From positions 1 to 39,171 of IMG/VR virus record IMGVR_UViG_3300037440_000281: a stretch of DNA of 39,171 nt; one strand, 5' to 3'. Position 1 is the first letter of the stretch. The number at the start of each line of letters is the position of its first letter. The notes beneath the pieces were generated by a model. The model searched no databases. It worked only from the letters and a program-made list of their open reading frames with translations, and was not told the DNA's origin. The stretch comes from a virus (lineage: Duplodnaviria > Caudoviricetes). The position numbers were made by a program, and so were the translations under genes. Below are positions 34,390-39,171 of the stretch, in pieces.

Positions 34390-34838
34390 TTCCAGCCGAT
34401 CTCATGAAATCGCACCAGCAGCTTTGCTTTGTGCCGCCAATGTTGCCAGCGGCTTTTCGTAACGATGTGACCCCCCAGAGACTGGTAACAGTTCACTCCG
34501 TCCAAAAATCCACAGTGGCCATTCAGTTTCACGCCCTTTCGGAAAACGGCCACGTCGCCGAACTGCACTTCATGGCTCATGTCCAGCAATTCAACGTGGA
34601 AGTGTTTCTCCAATTCTGTTTCGATCAAATCTTCCGGCTCTGGTTCAGTCTCGAACTTGTACTCTGGAATTGGACGGCGTTCGTAGATGCCAGCCGCAAC
34701 CATGATTTCGTTCATGTAGTTGATGCAGTCAATCCCGGTCGGAAAGACGGCCATGTTCGGCTGATGCGCTACGCCGCGCCAGCGCTCCGCTTCGGCCAAG
34801 GCCAAAGCTTTCCGTTTCTCAGTCCAGATTTTGCTCAT
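34386..34838 (-). CDS. NlpC/P60 tail-associated peptidase
   Basis: EA..W.G..H.......GIDC, GDV..F, HCG. Confidence 0.85.
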   Translation of the reverse strand: MSKIWTEKRKALALAEAERWRGVAHQPNMAVFPTGIDCINYMNEIMVAAGIYERRPIPEYKFETEPEPEDLIETELEKHFHVELLDMSHEVQFGDVAVFRKGVKLNGHCGFLDGVNCYQSLGGHIVTKSRWQHWRHKAKLLVRFHEIGWK

Positions 34839-34840
34839 GA

Positions 34841-35758
34841 TTAAACCCCATGCACGGATGGGCTAGTTACTGGTATCCACGGCATACCGCCGTAGCGGTC
34901 TTTGTTGTCGAACACTTCATCGCACATTTTGAGCGTCCGATTGCAGCCGCGAACAACCTTCACGTCAATCCCAACGTCAATCGTCGTGCTCCACCAGCCA
35001 AGGTAAAGCCGGACACCAGCGCTGGCCGGCAAAACCTCAGTGGCCAGAATCGTGATGATATTCCCGGTCACAACCTCAATCAGTTTGCCAGCCTGAAACG
35101 TCTCAGCCGTGATGGCCTCGCCGTCCAACGTCAGGTCTGAGATGTCCACCGACCGACCGCGCAAAGCAACCGCGTCCAAAGTTGTTTCCAGCCGAAACGC
35201 TGCATCGTCAAGGTCCACTCCGCACGCCACACCGCCCAGCATGTGCTGGCAGCTTTTCTGCCGGAAGTATCTCGGAAACCGACCGTCTGACTGCATGATG
35301 AGCGATACCAGACTCAGATTGATCGCGCTCGCGCTGAACGACAGATACGTCACCACACCTTTGAAGATCGTGTAGGTGTCCGTGCCCCAAGTAATCGGTC
35401 CCGGCAATGACAGCTTGTTAACCCGGACAATGGTCACTTTGACCGTGCTCGGTGTCGTGTACAGAACGACCTCGCGCAACTGAGCGGCCCAGCCTGAATC
35501 ATTGATGCCAATGGCCATGTCAATTTGGTTCGAGCCAATCTCAGACCGTTGCTCCGGGGCTGTGTGTCTGATTTGAGCGCGTGTGAACGTCTGCGGGTCA
35601 GTCCCCTTAGCCACCGGCAAGCCTTCGACAATCACGTCCTCGTTGTAAGCCGCCAGATGAAACAAGTCAGCGCCATGCTCAATGATGTAGATGTAACATG
35701 CCGCTGTCTTGCGCTCAGCTTCAGCCGCCCGAAAGTCAACTGGTTGGTCTTTTGGCAT
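34841..35758 (-). CDS. DUF2163/BR0599 tail hub protein
   Basis: Q..C.H.LG...CGV, GC.RT...C...FDN..RYGG.PWIP. Confidence 0.88.
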   Translation of the reverse strand: MPKDQPVDFRAAEAERKTAACYIYIIEHGADLFHLAAYNEDVIVEGLPVAKGTDPQTFTRAQIRHTAPEQRSEIGSNQIDMAIGINDSGWAAQLREVVLYTTPSTVKVTIVRVNKLSLPGPITWGTDTYTIFKGVVTYLSFSASAINLSLVSLIMQSDGRFPRYFRQKSCQHMLGGVACGVDLDDAAFRLETTLDAVALRGRSVDISDLTLDGEAITAETFQAGKLIEVVTGNIITILATEVLPASAGVRLYLGWWSTTIDVGIDVKVVRGCNRTLKMCDEVFDNKDRYGGMPWIPVTSPSVHGV

Positions 35759-35760
35759 AA

Positions 35761-36492
35761 TCAGGCCAAGATGCAGTATTTGATTTCCGACAAATGGATG
35801 CTCGCTGCTGTGCCGCTCCAACAGCAATAGATGGCATTGAAAAATCCGTTCGTTGCTTCATCCACGGCCATCAGCGTGGCTGGAGTCGAACCCCCATAGC
35901 TCGTCACCGTAGCGTCCAAAAACCGTTCAATGTCTGCGAGTCCTGGCAGAACAAGAGCTTGGTCGAATCGGTCCTCGGGCAAGTCAATAAAACCCGGTCC
36001 AGTAGTGGCGTTCAATCCGGCAACTCCAAGCGTGAAGTTTGGCGACCCTTTCCAAACGTCAATAAACATCCCTTGTCTGACCGTATTCGGACTCGCGACC
36101 ACCCGAGTCATGTTTGAACTATTGCCTCCATCAGTGAACAGCAAAGGCGGTCGCCAAAGTCCACTTGACAGGGGGCTGACAGTATAACAGACCGGCGAAG
36201 TGGCATTGCGAACAGGAAGATTGAAATACCATCCCAATGTATGGTCGTAGGTCGTCACGCCGGGAGTAAGCAAACCGCCCGGCAAACCTGTCACCGGATT
36301 GGAGCAAACACCCAGAATAAATATCGCAGCCCCAAGTCCCGCTCCAGAATCATCAACCGCCAGACGGCAACCTATCCGTATTCGATTCCAGTCTGTTCCC
36401 TCTTGAATCTTTCCAGCCCATTGACTGTTATTCAAAACCATCCGCTTGTCGGTTTCTGACCCGAACACGGTTGTTGCAACGGTAGGATTCAT
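35761..36492 (-). CDS. Virion protein, paralog of 36489..37241
   Basis: Shared VL.N.QWA, WN..R.G.R.A..DSG and AVDE.T.G motifs. Confidence 0.7.
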   Translation of the reverse strand: MNPTVATTVFGSETDKRMVLNNSQWAGKIQEGTDWNRIRIGCRLAVDDSGAGLGAAIFILGVCSNPVTGLPGGLLTPGVTTYDHTLGWYFNLPVRNATSPVCYTVSPLSSGLWRPPLLFTDGGNSSNMTRVVASPNTVRQGMFIDVWKGSPNFTLGVAGLNATTGPGFIDLPEDRFDQALVLPGLADIERFLDATVTSYGGSTPATLMAVDEATNGFFNAIYCCWSGTAASIHLSEIKYCILA

Positions 36493-37241
36493 GACATCAC
36501 TTTGAAAAGCATCTCTGAAAACTCAAGGTCATTAGACGTGCGCTCCCAAGCGGCGCAGACATGAGTCAGCGTTCCGTCCGTTCCTTCGTCCACAGCCAAC
36601 GTGCCTCCGTTGGTCCAGATATAGGCGAGACTTGAGATGCCTAATTCCGACTCTATGAACTCGTCAGCGTCAGAAAACGGGGTTATCGCCATCGCTTCTT
36701 TCAATATGTCCAATGAACAATCCACCAGACCCGTAGTGCTTCCGCTGTTCACCCCGACAGCCTCGAATGAAAAACTAGGAGAGCCTTTGGTGATTTGAAG
36801 TATCATCGCCGTTCTAACGTTCTCAACGTCCGCTGACAGCAAACTCCCGGCAGCCATGTTATCCCCGTCAGTTACAGTCGCGCCAACCTTCTTTCCAACG
36901 CTGACCGTATGAGAATAACGCAATGGTCCAGTGGATCGAGCCATTGCCGGAAAAGAACCAGACGCCACGTTATAGATTCCAACGAAGTGAGATGTTAAAT
37001 TTCCCAAGGGTCCGTTTGTCATTTGTGCGTCAGGACTGGCCAGCATTCCAACATACCATTCCGGTCGGTTTTCAAATGAAAAGCCATAGATACCAATCCC
37101 GGAATCAGTGATTGCCCAACGCCAGCCCAGACGAAGCACGTTCCAACTCGAACCTAGCTCTGCGGCCCACTGGCCGTTAGACAGTACAAGCTTTCCGTCG
37201 CTCGCAGCGGCGATGGTTCGATGAAGAATATTTACAGACAT
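36489..37241 (-). CDS. Virion protein, paralog of 35761..36492
   Basis: Same shared motifs as 35761..36492. Confidence 0.7.
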   Translation of the reverse strand: MSVNILHRTIAAASDGKLVLSNGQWAAELGSSWNVLRLGWRWAITDSGIGIYGFSFENRPEWYVGMLASPDAQMTNGPLGNLTSHFVGIYNVASGSFPAMARSTGPLRYSHTVSVGKKVGATVTDGDNMAAGSLLSADVENVRTAMILQITKGSPSFSFEAVGVNSGSTTGLVDCSLDILKEAMAITPFSDADEFIESELGISSLAYIWTNGGTLAVDEGTDGTLTHVCAAWERTSNDLEFSEMLFKVMS

Positions 37242-37242
37242 A

Positions 37243-38130
37243 TCATGCAGCAAAAATGTTAGTGAACCCTGTCACGCTTGCTCCAACACCGCCAGAGTAA
37301 GACCCGTCAGGGTAGTCATCAAACTCATCTCCAAATGGGACAAGAAAAGGTCCAGTGGCCGCGACGTAGTTAATAAGTCCAGTGCCCGCAACGGGAAAAC
37401 CACCATTCGAGTAATCTCCATCCGCGTAGCAATCAAAGGTATTTCCTCCACCATTTGTGATGTCCACAACCGCACAAGGATTCGGGTCAAACAGTTCTGT
37501 TGGGTCGGTGAACACCAACTCAGTCATAGCCAAACTGCATTTAGCTGACTCAGGCCCGTTGAACTCCAGTTCCAACTCGTCATTCAGAAAGCGAACAAGG
37601 TAAAGCCAGCCGACAATGAAGCGGTCCAGATCAAAGTCGCGAGCGACTGCCGTTACCAATTCGAGAACTTCAGGGTCAGCGCCGCTGACAGAGTTGACCC
37701 GCGTCAAATGCAAGTCACCTTCATCGTGTAACAGAAAGATGTGATGACCAAGATTCTCAATAACCTGCAACGTCTCGCTTTCATCGGCCGCAAAGAGTTC
37801 GTCGTAGGCAATCGGCTCAATACTCAATTCAGTTTCGGTGTCCAGAATCGAAGCAGCCGGCTTTAGTTCTGGATGCCACGACAGCACAAAGAATTCACCC
37901 CACTTGCCGCGTTGATCGTAAAAGAAGTCGGTCAACTCCCGGATGTTCTCGCGGCCATGCAGCAGAAACTCGAAATAAAATGTGTGTTGTGCGTGTGCTC
38001 CGCGTATGAACCGAACCTCGGGCGCCACGGACATCTTGACCGAATCAAAAGCACGCATGGCCCGCAACCGCGGCGGCGCCGCAAAGTCAGGCATGATGGT
38101 CAGAACCGGGTATGTCGAGAGTGTCGGCAT
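37243..38130 (-). CDS. Distal-tail-like protein with a C-terminal extension
   Basis: PDF..., FF.D.RG.W..F.V.SW, VRF.NDELE; position in the tail module. Confidence 0.65.
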   Translation of the reverse strand: MPTLSTYPVLTIMPDFAAPPRLRAMRAFDSVKMSVAPEVRFIRGAHAQHTFYFEFLLHGRENIRELTDFFYDQRGKWGEFFVLSWHPELKPAASILDTETELSIEPIAYDELFAADESETLQVIENLGHHIFLLHDEGDLHLTRVNSVSGADPEVLELVTAVARDFDLDRFIVGWLYLVRFLNDELELEFNGPESAKCSLAMTELVFTDPTELFDPNPCAVVDITNGGGNTFDCYADGDYSNGGFPVAGTGLINYVAATGPFLVPFGDEFDDYPDGSYSGGVGASVTGFTNIFAA

Positions 38131-38753
38131 CAGCTTCCAACGAGTGTCGGTGAAAGACCAAGCTCTTGCACGTAGAGAATTTCCTCAGCCGCCTCCAGTC
38201 CAGCCATCCGACTGTCCAGCGAGTTTTCGTTTCGCTGGCCAATGATGCACGGATAAACCAGCGCCCCAGACGTGTATGACGGCACCGCGATGTCTGGAAA
38301 CACTGCATTGCCAGAGGCCAGCGTGATTGTGTCTGTGCCAATCGCTGTAATGACTCGAAACACAGATGCAAGCCCTGACTGTTCAAAAAAGGCGTATCCG
38401 CCCACCTGAAAAGCTGTCTTGGCAAGGCTTGCCACAGTCAAGGTCACTGTATCACTCAACACAGAATCAAGTGTCTCAGGCACGGTCCAGAGCGGGACAA
38501 CGATGGCACTGGCCATCTCTCTTAACGCCGCCATTCGCCGAGTCCCCCAGTCGAGCGTATTCATTCCTCTGATAGCGTAAGCAATCGAGTATAGCGGCCG
38601 TGAGCGCCGGCTGTTGCGCTGCTCAGTGTTGTTCTTGCTGACTTGAATAGCCGTTTCCCAAGTTTCCCAGTAACGCACCGGCTGGGACCAATCTGGTTGA
38701 TCGGTCACAAAGACATGGTCGGCTTCAAAAGTGTTCCGGTACATCAGCGTCAA
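38130..38753 (-). CDS. Distal-tail-like protein
   Basis: PDWS.PV...E.W.T.I..S....EQR...R.RP, VPLW. Confidence 0.7.
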   Translation of the reverse strand: MTLMYRNTFEADHVFVTDQPDWSQPVRYWETWETAIQVSKNNTEQRNSRRSRPLYSIAYAIRGMNTLDWGTRRMAALREMASAIVVPLWTVPETLDSVLSDTVTLTVASLAKTAFQVGGYAFFEQSGLASVFRVITAIGTDTITLASGNAVFPDIAVPSYTSGALVYPCIIGQRNENSLDSRMAGLEAAEEILYVQELGLSPTLVGS

Positions 38754-39171
38754 CCTCTGATTCCAAGTGCCACTTTCACTGACGACCGATTACGGCTGAT
38801 AACATTCAACACTGCATTTGGATTAGCCGCCAGTCGCTCGTCAATCATGCGCGGATCCGTCACATTGATGATTTCAGTTCGCTGCCTCTGACTGCCCATG
38901 CCACTGAGTAGAGCGCCAAACTGATCTTCGTTGAAGATAACCTCGCCACGGTGAGCGATTATTGGAACTTCATCGCCGGCCATGCCGCCTCCAGCATACC
39001 GCGATGCCGAGTCAAACCAAGTCGGGTCAGCCCCACGCAACGCGCCAGAGCCAGCCATGCCGCCTTCGTGTTGAGTCGAAGCAAAGATGCCACCGGTCAC
39101 TCCACCAGTGCCGCCAAAGGCCGACATCAAGCTTCGGACAATCAATTGCTGAATCATCACGCGAATCAAAT
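38750..39171 (-). CDS. Tape measure protein, C-terminal part
   Basis: H.GG..G, RYA.GG.AGDEVPIIAHRGE.I, INV.DP. Confidence 0.85.
   Translation of the reverse strand, partial: LIRVMIQQLIVRSLMSAFGGTGGVTGGIFASTQHEGGMAGSGALRGADPTWFDSASRYAGGGMAGDEVPIIAHRGEVIFNEDQFGALLSGMGSQRQRTEIINVTDPRMIDERLAANPNAVLNVISRNRSSVKVALGIRG

Noticed and set aside
11409-35827. Long N-terminal extensions in the ORF track (12437, 13003, 13702, 16567, 17198, 28900, 29247, 35827)
   Set aside because: They overlap upstream genes or regulatory regions; downstream coupled or motif-supported starts fit better
38-38891. Numerous plus-strand ORFs in the track
   Set aside because: They are antisense shadows of a tightly coupled minus-strand gene chain with no recognisable motifs; only 30621..30980 is accepted
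30977-39171. Diversity-generating retroelement or invertible tail cassette
   Set aside because: No reverse transcriptase, recombinase or TR/VR repeat pair seen

Overview
A 39-kb piece of a tailed dsDNA phage or prophage, with almost all genes on the minus strand. No integrase, att site, tRNA, rRNA or CRISPR is visible. Reading right to left there are four modules. (1) A GTA/BR0599-type siphoviral tail-tip module: tape-measure C-terminus, two distal-tail-like genes, a paralogous pair, DUF2163 hub, NlpC/P60, central tail protein and fibre. (2) An accessory/membrane block: inverted HNH, J-domain-like protein, Fn3 proteins, stand-alone receiver domain, holin-like proteins, lipoprotein and a displaced tail-tube-like gene. 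(3) A replication/recombination block: RPA-like OB protein, HIRAN, Rad50/SMC-like ATPase, UvrD, initiator with iterons, DnaC-like loader, Gp37Gp68 radical SAM, KH protein, SSB, HerA-like ATPase, DNA methyltransferase and nucleases. (4) A run of small early genes including DUF932. STN..W and Fn3 motifs suggest a Verrucomicrobia-like host (inference). The most notable signals are: a recurrent (G)AACAGA(AC) motif at more than 10 early/middle start codons, with two intergenic stem-loops that display its complement (candidate multi-target antisense RNA control); three P4-CI/P1-C4-like promoter-target-hairpin cassettes; a NUMOD4-HNH element that cuts off the 5' end of uvrD and supplies a replacement; and an HNH domain encoded in a second frame inside the methyltransferase gene. 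All family assignments come from motif recognition by eye; no searches were run.
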